Below, piece after piece: positions 29,068 to 38,102 of a stretch of 64,000 nt of DNA. Made by a program: the position numbers and the translations under genes. The stretch's first letter is position 1. Every line of letters begins with the position of its first letter. The stretch is from Polyangiaceae bacterium. Lineage in GTDB: Bacteria > Myxococcota_A > Polyangia > Polyangiales > Polyangiaceae. The stretch lies in contig JBILLK010000020.1 of NCBI GenBank assembly GCA_044376115.1, positions 32,001-96,000 of the forward strand, in the 5' to 3' direction. A model generated the notes under the pieces. The model was not told where the DNA came from. It saw only the letters and a list, made by a program, of their open reading frames with translations, and did no database searches.

Positions 29068-30165
29068 TTAAAACTCGAGTCGGAAGACGGGGATGGGGCC
29101 GATCTGAAACGCGCCGCTGGGTCGAACACGCGTGGGCTGATTGCGACCAGCTGATGGGAAATAGCTCGTCGTAGGCTCACACCCAGAGTCGGCTTGCGGG
29201 CCGACGAATACCGGGGTGGTGCACGGTGCAATCGAGCCTTCATCCGGTGAGCGCTCGGTCAGCAACGCATAAGCGAGACCAGCTCCGCCGCCAGCGGCGA
29301 GCACGCCCAACCCGATCGTCCAAAACCACCACTGGGTGTACGCCGGCGCCGAACCAGGCTCGATCCGTTCGGTCCGAACGTCGGTTGGGCCGAGCTCAAC
29401 AGTGATCTCGTTGTCTTCGTACCCAACGGCGGAAAGCACGACCGTGTGCGCCCCGGGCGCAAGCCGAACCTCGGTGGGTACCTGCCCAACGTCTTTGCCA
29501 TCGACCCGCACCTTTGCGCCTGCAACCGGGGACTCGACGCGAAGCACCGCGGTCTTGTCCGTGGCCGCAAGCGCGACCGTGAAGTCTTTGTTGCCCCTCT
29601 TCGGCAGTGGGATGGTGTCGCGATAGGGTTCATACCCGTCAGCGGTCACCTCAAGAACGGCTCCGTCCTGAGCATTCACCCGCTTCTTGGTGACGAGCGC
29701 CCCACCAATGACCTCATTGCCGAGCTTGACCGTGAGATTGCGGGGGACCTTGTCGTCCTTGACCTTCACGGTGATCGACAACTCGCAGGTCTGCTCCTCA
29801 ATCGCGAGAATGAGCTGCGCAAGGTTTGGCAACTTGGCGTGAAGCTCGGGGCTCGCTTGGGCGTCGAAGCGGCGCAGTAGGTCAAGCGCCTCGGGGAACC
29901 GGCCCATCAGCTCCAGAGCGCGCCCCTGGTTGTATAGCAAGGCCGCGTCGGCGTGCTTTGCGTAGGCTTCTTCGTACTTTCGAAGTGCGCCAGGGTAGTC
30001 CAGCGCGTCCATCAAGGCGTCCCCTTGCTGCTTGAGCAAGGCGGCTTCGGCTGCCGCGCCGGAGTTTGCTGGAGCACCTTCCGGGGCGGCCCAAACAGCG
30101 GGCTCAGCAGCCAGTGCGAGTCCCACGACGAGCGGGACCCCTACACGGCGCAGCAGGGTAGGCAT
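29068..30165 (-). CDS. TPR + PEGA domain protein
   Basis: Signal peptide, TPR (ALLYNQGRALE), PEGA (GAKVRVDGKDVGQVP..LAPGAHTV...GYE), and YTQWWFWT before a TM segment. Confidence 0.85.
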   Translation of the reverse strand: MPTLLRRVGVPLVVGLALAAEPAVWAAPEGAPANSGAAAEAALLKQQGDALMDALDYPGALRKYEEAYAKHADAALLYNQGRALELMGRFPEALDLLRRFDAQASPELHAKLPNLAQLILAIEEQTCELSITVKVKDDKVPRNLTVKLGNEVIGGALVTKKRVNAQDGAVLEVTADGYEPYRDTIPLPKRGNKDFTVALAATDKTAVLRVESPVAGAKVRVDGKDVGQVPTEVRLAPGAHTVVLSAVGYEDNEITVELGPTDVRTERIEPGSAPAYTQWWFWTIGLGVLAAGGGAGLAYALLTERSPDEGSIAPCTTPVFVGPQADSGCEPTTSYFPSAGRNQPTRVRPSGAFQIGPIPVFRLEF

Positions 30166-30260
30166 GTAAGCGTAAGTGAACACAGCTGAATGATGGCGGC
30201 TCTCAAGCAATTTGTGAAGGAATCTTCCTCTCAATTTACCTGGCCTCCTTGGCTCAGGCG

Positions 30261-31025
30261 TTACTTACGCCCTGCCGCCGACTTCAGATGCGAACAACGC
30301 GGAGAGTCAACTTCCACCCGCACACCAACGTTCGATGGCACCGCTTGGTTCCATGTCTTCGTCGTCGCCGGGTCGCCCGTAAAAATGTCGATATGCGTCC
30401 CGACTACTTTGCTACCGCGATCTTCCGCCAAGAAGCAGCCATCGTGTTGAGAGCCGTTTGGCCGAGATAGCCCCTCATAGTCGGGGATGTAGAGGGTCGC
30501 GCCGAGCGGAATCACCTCATCATCGACAGCCACCGTACGAAGCGGCGTCACCGGCTGACCAAGCGCTCCTCGACCACTTGGAAACTGCTTCGGATCGAGC
30601 TTCTCAAAGCAGATCTTCTGTCCGCTCTTGGGGCATTCGAGCGCGCAGGCACAATCGCGCTTGGCAAAGCTGATGGTCTCCCCTGTCCGCAACCTTCCGC
30701 TGCCTTGAAGGCACACGCGGTCGTGAAACTCTTGCGTGACCTCTGCGATCTGCTTGCATTCAGCGTCAAAGACCTTGGCTTTGCGTGCGCCGTCTGATTC
30801 GGAAGGAAAGTCGTAGTACGTATTACGAAACAGCTCAGGCCGTCGGGTTCCAGTCTTTACCAGGGCGGAGGCCGCGTTCGTTGGTTGGGCTGTCGACTGG
30901 GTCAACCACTCCTGCGAAGCATCGAGTGGGCGTGCGTCTCCACGATCTCGCACAAAGTCCGAACCGCCGCAGGCGACCAGGACCCAAAGACCGACTCCGA
31001 GGAAGGCGTTTCCTCCAACGTTCAT
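30261..31025 (-). CDS. 3D-domain (MltA-like) lipoprotein
   Basis: Lipobox LVAC, RTVAVDDEVIPLG, AEDRGSKVVGTHIDIFTG. Confidence 0.85.
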   Translation of the reverse strand: MNVGGNAFLGVGLWVLVACGGSDFVRDRGDARPLDASQEWLTQSTAQPTNAASALVKTGTRRPELFRNTYYDFPSESDGARKAKVFDAECKQIAEVTQEFHDRVCLQGSGRLRTGETISFAKRDCACALECPKSGQKICFEKLDPKQFPSGRGALGQPVTPLRTVAVDDEVIPLGATLYIPDYEGLSRPNGSQHDGCFLAEDRGSKVVGTHIDIFTGDPATTKTWNQAVPSNVGVRVEVDSPRCSHLKSAAGRK

Positions 31026-31073
31026 GCGCAGACCTTAGCGGTGCAGCTCGGGGAAAGGTAGACTCCACGCGCC

Positions 31074-31826
31074 GTGTTCAATGACCATCGCCTTGCAATC
31101 CTCCCGTTGTGCACGTTTGTCCTATCCGTTGGCTGCGGAGCAGCGGACTTCGGCGACCCAGAGGACCCGGCAAACCAACGGTCGGCTGCGCCCGTGCTCA
31201 GTTCGCAAAGCTCAGCCGTGGCAACGCCAAGCGTGCCCGAGCGCCCCGCGATCGAAAGCGCGACTCCGGCCGCCAAGCCACCGCCTGCAAGGGCACGTCT
31301 CGCCGGCAAGCTTCACGAAGGCTGGCTCCTTTGGTCGACTCGCGAAAAGACCTTCGCAGCTGTCACTTCCTACGCTGAAGAAGGCAACGGAACTGGCATC
31401 GTCGGCAACGTTGGCTCCGCCAGCAGCAAGACCCAATACTCGACCCTGTGTGAGCCCAATGACCCGTGCCCCGACGATGAGGCTGAAGTACTCGACTTGA
31501 TCGAGAACTGGCTTCGCGATCGCAATCTAGAAGGCCTTGCGCTCGAGCCGGCACCCTTCAGCGAAGGAGCCCTGGTGGCAGCCGAACTCGGCTCATTGGG
31601 CGGAAAGTTGGTTTGGAAGACGGACCACCTCGAGCTCGTGCGCGGTTCGAAGACGGTTCCGCTTCCCAAGGTCGCGGCCGGCAAAGAGTTCACTCCGCGC
31701 CCGTACGCGGCCGCAGCCTCACCAGACGGAAAGTTCGTTTGCGTGCTGTTCGAACTCGACCCTGGTCAGAACTACGCCAAGGGCTGGAACCTCTACGTCG
31801 AGCCCATCGTCTACGCGATCCCGTGA
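31074..31826 (+). CDS. Hypothetical lipoprotein
   Basis: Lipobox SVGC, Pro/Ala linker and a globular C-terminus. Confidence 0.65.
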   Translation: MFNDHRLAILPLCTFVLSVGCGAADFGDPEDPANQRSAAPVLSSQSSAVATPSVPERPAIESATPAAKPPPARARLAGKLHEGWLLWSTREKTFAAVTSYAEEGNGTGIVGNVGSASSKTQYSTLCEPNDPCPDDEAEVLDLIENWLRDRNLEGLALEPAPFSEGALVAAELGSLGGKLVWKTDHLELVRGSKTVPLPKVAAGKEFTPRPYAAAASPDGKFVCVLFELDPGQNYAKGWNLYVEPIVYAIP

Positions 31827-31833
31827 GCTGCGC

Positions 31834-33888
31834 TCAGTAGCCGGCTTCGAACACCAGCGTCGGGATCGTGATCGGCCCGATTTCGCGCGGCGTACATTTG
31901 CCGTCCTCGCACGTTACGTCGAACACTTCTTTCGCCAGGGTCACGTTCTGCATGTCGAACACCAGGCCGACATAGGCGCGCTCCCCGAGGATCCAGCGCT
32001 TCGAAAGCCGGGCATCAAGCCGAAAGAAGGGCTTCACACGGTCGGGGTTGGACGCCAGCTCCCCCGCTGAGACCTCCTCCGCCGGAAACCCAGAGTAGAG
32101 CAGGCTGCGCAGGCCCGCCTTCCAGTTCTTTCCGAGGTCGTAAAGAAACGCGACCTGCGCGACGTGGGTCCGGTCATAGGCGCTCGGTACGACCAGCCCC
32201 TCATCACTTCGGGTCGTGCGTGACAACGTGTACGACGCGAGGAAGAAGATCGAGCGCGAGAGCGCGCCGCGCGCCGACACCTCCAAACCGTAGCTATCTC
32301 CAGTAGAGCGATCGAGAAAGCGCTCAGCACCGAACCCGCCACCGCGATTCTTTCCGATCGCGTCCGTCAGATTGAACGTTGCCTGACGGAAAACGCTGCC
32401 TCGAACGTCGATCGGGCCGGTTTCCCCCTCAGCGCCAAAACTGGTTTGCAACGAGCGCTGCAAGCCGCCCGGAATCCCGCCGATTTGCAGCCCTGGTAAC
32501 GGCGGAAAGCCGGGCAACTGGGATGCGAGCCCCACCGATGGAACCAGCCGGAACGCGTCGCTGATGCCAAAACGACCCGTAAGCTTCGGATCGATCGCAA
32601 AGTCGCTATTGCCCTTGGAATGAAAGTAGTCGAACCGCAAGCCTGGCGTCAGCGTTGCTCGATCTCCCAAGACAATGAGCGTGTCGATCCAAGCGCCCAT
32701 CGCTAAGTCGAAGCGAGAGGGAAAGAGCACCTCAAAGGCCTCCCCGAGTTGCGACTCGGTGTCGGCCCCGAGCAGCCCGTCACTACACACGAACGTGGTG
32801 CACTCCTGTGTGCCCCCGGGCGTAACGTCATATCCATCGAGCGACAGGTCGAAGCCACCGCGCAAGAGCAGGTTGTCCGTAAGCGGCTTCGACAGCGTTG
32901 CTCGACTTGCCAGCTTGTAGTCCCTCGCCTGTTCGACACCGAGCCCACGCGATTGGTCCAACCCCAGTGTGGCGCCCACGCGAGCAGAGCCGCCGCCCGC
33001 AAGCTCTTTGGTGTACCGCAAATCAACCCGATGAAAGTCCGAGTCGAGCAACACGTCCCGCACGTCGTCGGAGATCGTCGCGAGGTAGTCATACGAGCCG
33101 AAGGTGAGCAGCGAAAATTGACTGGTCTCGTCGACCTTGAGCGTCATTCGGCCTTGGTAATCGCCGTAACGGAGGTCGATCGAAGGGACAGCGGCGGAGA
33201 GGATCTCAGCCCCCACCGAGTAGTGACCTCCGAGCAATAGGCTGCCTCGATCATCAGGCAACGGGCCCTCGACGAGGCCGCCCAGATCGACCGTGCGAAA
33301 CACGCCCTCCGCGCGGAACTCCTTTTGAGCTGGGGCCGCGTCGGCATCTACGATCGCGCCGGCGAGCCGGCCAAAGTTCGCCGGGTACGGCCCCATGTGA
33401 AGCTCGACCCGCGAGACCATGCTCGGTGGGATCACGCCTGGCCCAGCGCCAACATGAAACAACATGGGCACGGCGATACCATCGTAAAAATAACCGATAT
33501 TGCCGGGTGGAGCGCCGCGGATGAAGTAGAAGGGAACCCCACTAGCGACCGGGGTTACGCCGGGCTCGACCTCGATAGCTCGGTAGGGATCCCCCAAGAC
33601 GCCGGGCATCTCACGAATCATCTTCCTTCCGAGGGAAGACGCTCCTGCGGGCGCTTTGTCGCCCTCCACCGTTACCAGGATCGGGTCGTCGTAGACGGAG
33701 AACGGTGGCCCCGGCGGACCGACGATCAATCCGGGTGGATCCGCGGCAGCGGCAGCGCCACCCTCCGGCACTGCCACCGGCGCATCTTGCGCGGATATCG
33801 AAGTGGCGTGCAGCAGAATTGCGCCGCCCAGCGCCGAGAAGCGAACCGCATCTCGCGCTGGGCCCTTGCGCAACCGCAGCCGTGTCAC
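31834..33888 (-). CDS. TonB-dependent receptor-like outer-membrane protein
   Basis: Plug motif MPGVLGDPYRAIEVEPGV..IRGAPPGNIGYFYDGI.VP.LFH, PANFGRLAGAIV, and beta-barrel features. The GTG start overlaps the esterase stop (GTGA). Confidence 0.85.
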   Translation of the reverse strand: MTRLRLRKGPARDAVRFSALGGAILLHATSISAQDAPVAVPEGGAAAAADPPGLIVGPPGPPFSVYDDPILVTVEGDKAPAGASSLGRKMIREMPGVLGDPYRAIEVEPGVTPVASGVPFYFIRGAPPGNIGYFYDGIAVPMLFHVGAGPGVIPPSMVSRVELHMGPYPANFGRLAGAIVDADAAPAQKEFRAEGVFRTVDLGGLVEGPLPDDRGSLLLGGHYSVGAEILSAAVPSIDLRYGDYQGRMTLKVDETSQFSLLTFGSYDYLATISDDVRDVLLDSDFHRVDLRYTKELAGGGSARVGATLGLDQSRGLGVEQARDYKLASRATLSKPLTDNLLLRGGFDLSLDGYDVTPGGTQECTTFVCSDGLLGADTESQLGEAFEVLFPSRFDLAMGAWIDTLIVLGDRATLTPGLRFDYFHSKGNSDFAIDPKLTGRFGISDAFRLVPSVGLASQLPGFPPLPGLQIGGIPGGLQRSLQTSFGAEGETGPIDVRGSVFRQATFNLTDAIGKNRGGGFGAERFLDRSTGDSYGLEVSARGALSRSIFFLASYTLSRTTRSDEGLVVPSAYDRTHVAQVAFLYDLGKNWKAGLRSLLYSGFPAEEVSAGELASNPDRVKPFFRLDARLSKRWILGERAYVGLVFDMQNVTLAKEVFDVTCEDGKCTPREIGPITIPTLVFEAGY

Positions 33889-34640
33889 CAGCCCAAACGC
33901 TCGCCGATATAGTGCGGAAGCATGCGACGCCACCAAGGCCAATCGTGGTTCACGTCGTATCCCCATAGATCGAGGTTGTGAGCGATCCCGCGGGTAGAGA
34001 GAACTCGTGAGAGCTGCTCGGAGCGATGCGGCGCCTCATAGGCGCCACGGCCCGAGACAATATGAATCTGGGTGTGGTGCTTCAACAGGTCGAGGTCGCG
34101 GCCGTTCAGATTCGACAGGTACGACACCGGGTTGTTGAAGTAGATGTCGTCGTTCATGTGGCCTTCGGTGTAGCCGGGCTCCAAGTCATAGAAGCCGCTC
34201 ATCGCGATCACCGTGTCGAACAGATCCGGCCGACGGAACAGGGTGTTGGCGGCGTGAAACGCACCAAAGCTTGCGCCGCTCGTCGCAATGCGAACATCCC
34301 CGCAGACGCGGCGGATGTGCGGGACGACCTCTTCTTCGATGTACTGCGAATAAAGGCGCTGACGACGCGCCTTCTCCAGCGGGTGGATGTCGTCATTCAT
34401 CCACGCGTACTTGTTGATGCTGTCAATCGAGAAGACCCTAACCTTGCCGGCGAAAATCAACGGCTCGATCGACTTGATCAAGAAGAAGCGCTCATTCTCA
34501 AGGAAGTCAGCTTGGGCGGTGGGGAAGAGCAGGAGCGGATGACCTCGTTCGCCGTAGCTTACGATCGGCATGTCGAGGCTCAGGTTCGGCGAATGCCACC
34601 CGAAGATGTGACGCGGCAGGTTGGGGTCGACGTATTGCAT
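33885..34640 (-). CDS. Putative esterase (alpha/beta hydrolase)
   Basis: GASFG nucleophile elbow, IAMSGFYD, WGYDVNHDWPWW. Confidence 0.88.
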   Translation of the reverse strand: MQYVDPNLPRHIFGWHSPNLSLDMPIVSYGERGHPLLLFPTAQADFLENERFFLIKSIEPLIFAGKVRVFSIDSINKYAWMNDDIHPLEKARRQRLYSQYIEEEVVPHIRRVCGDVRIATSGASFGAFHAANTLFRRPDLFDTVIAMSGFYDLEPGYTEGHMNDDIYFNNPVSYLSNLNGRDLDLLKHHTQIHIVSGRGAYEAPHRSEQLSRVLSTRGIAHNLDLWGYDVNHDWPWWRRMLPHYIGERLGW

Positions 34641-34812
34641 GGAGCCCGTTCTAGTACGAGGCAGCTTGCGAGCTGGCAAGAGGAAGGGGCCAGCGCTCCA
34701 ACCGAAAGTCAGCGCCGGGGTGGGTCAAACCACCACCCAAGTCCCCGAATTGAACGACTTAGCCCGCAATGCTGGCGTTGACCGCCCGTCTTCCCGCGAC
34801 TAGCGAAAGGCT

Positions 34813-36657
34813 ATGAGCTTTGCGTTCCTCTCTCGTTCGGCCCTTGCCTCGCTCGTCGCTGTTGGCGCACTCGGTTTCGCCTTTGAGGCGTCCGCACAAC
34901 AGCTCCGCTTCGGCACCACCCAACCCGGCAACGTCATTGCAGCCGGAAATACGCTTGGGCTCGCCAAACAGACCGGGCTCAACGGGCCGGGAACGCAGGA
35001 CGCAATTGGCACCTTCATCTCGCTAGACCCGAACAGCGTCGACAACGTGCCGGCGAACGTGGCCAACCCCTGGGGCCCCAACACAACCTCGGACTGGACG
35101 GTCAACGGCTCCTCCGCCTCGCTCGCCCTCCCGGTTGAAGCCTCGGTGCTCTATGCCGAGTTGGTTTGGGGCGGGAGCTTCCAATACGGCGATGAAAATG
35201 TCCTCGCCGATCTCGGCGCATCCGTCACGCTCTCCTCCGACGGAGCTCAAATCACCGTTTCACCGGACGCCGGCACCGGGGTCACCGTGAACGAAGCGGG
35301 CTCGTTCCCCATTCGCTATTACATGCGCAGCAACGAGGTCACCCAGTTCATTCAGACGCATGGAAGTGGGGCTTACACGGTGGAAGGTGTACCTGGCACA
35401 CAAAGCGCCGCCACCAACACGACGAACGCAGCCGGTTGGACGCTGATTGTCGCCTACCGCTACGACAGTGAGCCTATCCGCAACATGAGCGTGTTCGTCG
35501 GCGGCCTGTTCGTTGATGAAGACTCCACCGTGGATTACCCAGTTAGCGGCTTCTGCGCTCCGCCCACCACGCCAATCGAGGGGACGATCGCGATCGCCAC
35601 GCTCGAGGGCGACGCGAACCGCGTAGGCGACCAGCTCGCTATCGGTGAGACCGTCGCTGATCCCAGCTTCATCTTGCTCTCGGGGCCGAATAACCCGGTC
35701 AATAACTTCTTCTGCTCGCAGATCAACGGCCCCGACGGCCTCGTTGACACCTCAGGGTCATTCGGGACGAGCAACCACGAGACGACCGACACCAACGCAA
35801 CGCCTTCCCAAAACACCAACAACGTTTCAGGGGCTAGGCAGGGCTGGGACGTTGCGCAGCTCGAGCTCACGAGCGCCGCCGGTCACCTCGTGCCCAACCA
35901 GGAGAGCGCGGTGCTGCGTACGCAGACGGATAGCGATAGCTATATGCCTGTGCTCGCCGGCATCGCTATCGATGTAAACGCGCCGAAGTTCCTCTATGAA
36001 AACTCTGGCACGACGATCGACAAGGACAGCGTCACCCTCGGGGACACCTTCACCGTAACCGCCAACATCCTCAATGAAGGAAGCGCACCAGCCAACGATG
36101 TAGCGTTCACCCTCGACTTGCCGAACGGGATCGCGCTGACGAGCTTCACGACCAACGGCGCGGCCGGCGATATCAACGGCAACACGGTGACCCTGCCGAC
36201 GCTCGAGTCGGGCGTGGATATGGGGGACATCGACACCAACCAAGGCCGTGAGGTCGAGCTGACGCTGGAGGTCACGGCAGCGCAGCCCTCCAATATCGTC
36301 ATTAAGCCGATCTGGGAGTACAACTACACAATCTGCATCAACGACAACCCGACCAATGAGGTCTTCAACGGGAAGATCGACTCGGTCACCTACGTGCCAG
36401 AGATGGGACAAGGCGGCGCAGGCGGTGCTGGTGGCTCGGGCGGCAACGGTGGCGCTGGTGGTTTGGGCGGCCAGGGCGGTGAAGGCGCAACGGGCGGGCT
36501 TGGCGGCGAAGGCGGCGGCAACGAGGATGCGTTCCCCCAGGGCGGCGGCCTGTTCTCATGTCAGAGCAACTCGCTCACGAGCAGCCCCTCCTGGTTCGGT
36601 GGGGGCGCGTTGCTCGGGCTGTTGGCGCTCGCAAGCCGACGCCGCCGTCGCAGCTGA
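34813..36657 (+). CDS. Secreted DUF3344/DUF11-like protein with MYXO-CTERM-like sorting tail
   Basis: Signal peptide (ASA-QQ), VLYAELVWGG, AGWTLIVAY, LEGD, NNFFCSQIN, a DUF11-like module, a Gly-rich linker and GGGLFSC...LLGLLALASRRRRS. Confidence 0.75.
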   Translation: MSFAFLSRSALASLVAVGALGFAFEASAQQLRFGTTQPGNVIAAGNTLGLAKQTGLNGPGTQDAIGTFISLDPNSVDNVPANVANPWGPNTTSDWTVNGSSASLALPVEASVLYAELVWGGSFQYGDENVLADLGASVTLSSDGAQITVSPDAGTGVTVNEAGSFPIRYYMRSNEVTQFIQTHGSGAYTVEGVPGTQSAATNTTNAAGWTLIVAYRYDSEPIRNMSVFVGGLFVDEDSTVDYPVSGFCAPPTTPIEGTIAIATLEGDANRVGDQLAIGETVADPSFILLSGPNNPVNNFFCSQINGPDGLVDTSGSFGTSNHETTDTNATPSQNTNNVSGARQGWDVAQLELTSAAGHLVPNQESAVLRTQTDSDSYMPVLAGIAIDVNAPKFLYENSGTTIDKDSVTLGDTFTVTANILNEGSAPANDVAFTLDLPNGIALTSFTTNGAAGDINGNTVTLPTLESGVDMGDIDTNQGREVELTLEVTAAQPSNIVIKPIWEYNYTICINDNPTNEVFNGKIDSVTYVPEMGQGGAGGAGGSGGNGGAGGLGGQGGEGATGGLGGEGGGNEDAFPQGGGLFSCQSNSLTSSPSWFGGGALLGLLALASRRRRRS

Positions 36658-36689
36658 GCGGAATCATAAATCGGGCGGCATCAAAACCA

Positions 36690-38102
36690 GTGGTCACCTC
36701 GAGCTTCGCTGCGGAACTCAGCCACTGGGATGCCGCCACGACCGCAGCTAAGGTCCGCGGTCGTGAAGTGAGTCGTCGAGAAGTCCTCGAGGCTGCGCGG
36801 CTGCGTGCTGAAGCGGTCGCGCACCTCGGAGCCGTCGTCTGCGAACGCTACGCGCAGGCCACCGCTGAGACCGAGCGCAGCGGGCCCTTCGCCTCCGTGC
36901 CGACCTTCATAAAGGACCTGGCGCACGTGCAAGGCATACGAACCCGCTGGGGCTCGCGTGCGAGCGGAAGCTTCATCGCTCGCAAGCACAGCCCCATCAC
37001 CGAGCGCTTTAACGAGCTCGGCTTCGTTACGTTGGGCAAAAGCGCAACGCCCGAGCTTGGCCTGATCGCCGCGACCGAGCCAATCGCCCAGTCGCCCTGT
37101 CGTAACCCTTGGGACCCAACGCGCTCCCCCGGCGGCTCATCGGGGGGCGCGGGGTGTTTGGTTGCGGCGGGGGTCGTGCCGCTCGCTCACGCCAGTGACG
37201 GCGGTGGCTCGATTCGTATCCCGGCTGCAGTCAATGGGCTCGTGGGCCTCAAGCCCTCGCGGCGCAGGCTCGACATGGAGGGCTCTAACTTATTGCCCGT
37301 CAACATCGCAACTGACGGCGTATTGACCCGAACCGTCCACGACACGATCGCTTTTTACCAACATATCGAGGGAGCCCGCCCGCCGCGGGGAGTGAAGGCT
37401 GTGGGCGCGGTCCCACCAAAGCCCGAGCGCGCGCTGCGGATAGGAGTATTCGTGGACTCTCCGATCGGCACCACGGTGGACGAGGACGTGAAGAGCAGCG
37501 TGCTTGCCGCCGCGCGCAGCTGTGAGGAGCTCGGCCACAAGGTTGAAAGCCTGTCCTGCCCGTTTACAGCGCAGGTGGTGGACGACTTCTTACTTTATTG
37601 GGGATTCGCGGCGTGGCTGCAGAAGGTGACCGCGCGCATAATGCTGCATCGCGGCTTTGATTCAGCGAAGCTCGAGCCCTGGAGCTTGCGCATGGCCCAG
37701 ACGTTTCTCGAGCAGCCTCGCGGTTGCGCAGAGGCAATCCTTCGGCTGCGTGGCTTTCAGGCCACCTACGCCGAATGGTTCCGCCGCTTTGACGTGCTCA
37801 TGTGCCCCACCGTCGCCTCCGCCGCCCTGCCGATTGGCCACCTGGCGACCGACCTTCCCTACGAAACGGTGCGCGCCCGCCTGCGCACCTTTACGCCTTT
37901 CACACCCATTCAGAACGCCTCCGGTGCACCGGCAATTTCGCTACCGCTCGGCCGCAGTGCGAGCGGGTTGCCCATCGGCGTGCAGTTCGCCGCAGCTTGC
38001 GGTGAAGATGCGCTGCTATTGTCGCTAGCCCTTTCGCTGGAGGAGCACTCTCCTTGGCCGCGATCTGCGCCGCCCCCAGCCCCGCCCGGCCCTACGCAAT
38101 AG
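36690..38102 (+). CDS. Amidase (amidase-signature family)
   Basis: IKDL, RNPWD..RSPGGSSGG, SDGGGSIRIPAA..GLVGLKPS. Start moved to GTG 36690 to avoid overlap with the upstream gene. Confidence 0.92.
   Translation: MVTSSFAAELSHWDAATTAAKVRGREVSRREVLEAARLRAEAVAHLGAVVCERYAQATAETERSGPFASVPTFIKDLAHVQGIRTRWGSRASGSFIARKHSPITERFNELGFVTLGKSATPELGLIAATEPIAQSPCRNPWDPTRSPGGSSGGAGCLVAAGVVPLAHASDGGGSIRIPAAVNGLVGLKPSRRRLDMEGSNLLPVNIATDGVLTRTVHDTIAFYQHIEGARPPRGVKAVGAVPPKPERALRIGVFVDSPIGTTVDEDVKSSVLAAARSCEELGHKVESLSCPFTAQVVDDFLLYWGFAAWLQKVTARIMLHRGFDSAKLEPWSLRMAQTFLEQPRGCAEAILRLRGFQATYAEWFRRFDVLMCPTVASAALPIGHLATDLPYETVRARLRTFTPFTPIQNASGAPAISLPLGRSASGLPIGVQFAAACGEDALLLSLALSLEEHSPWPRSAPPPAPPGPTQ

Noticed and set aside
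36558..36689. N-terminal extensions in the ORF track (amidase, and likewise hrpA, panC, cyclophilin, TonB receptor, peroxidase)
   Set aside because: They overlap neighbouring genes or terminators. Downstream starts fit the domain boundaries or RBS better.
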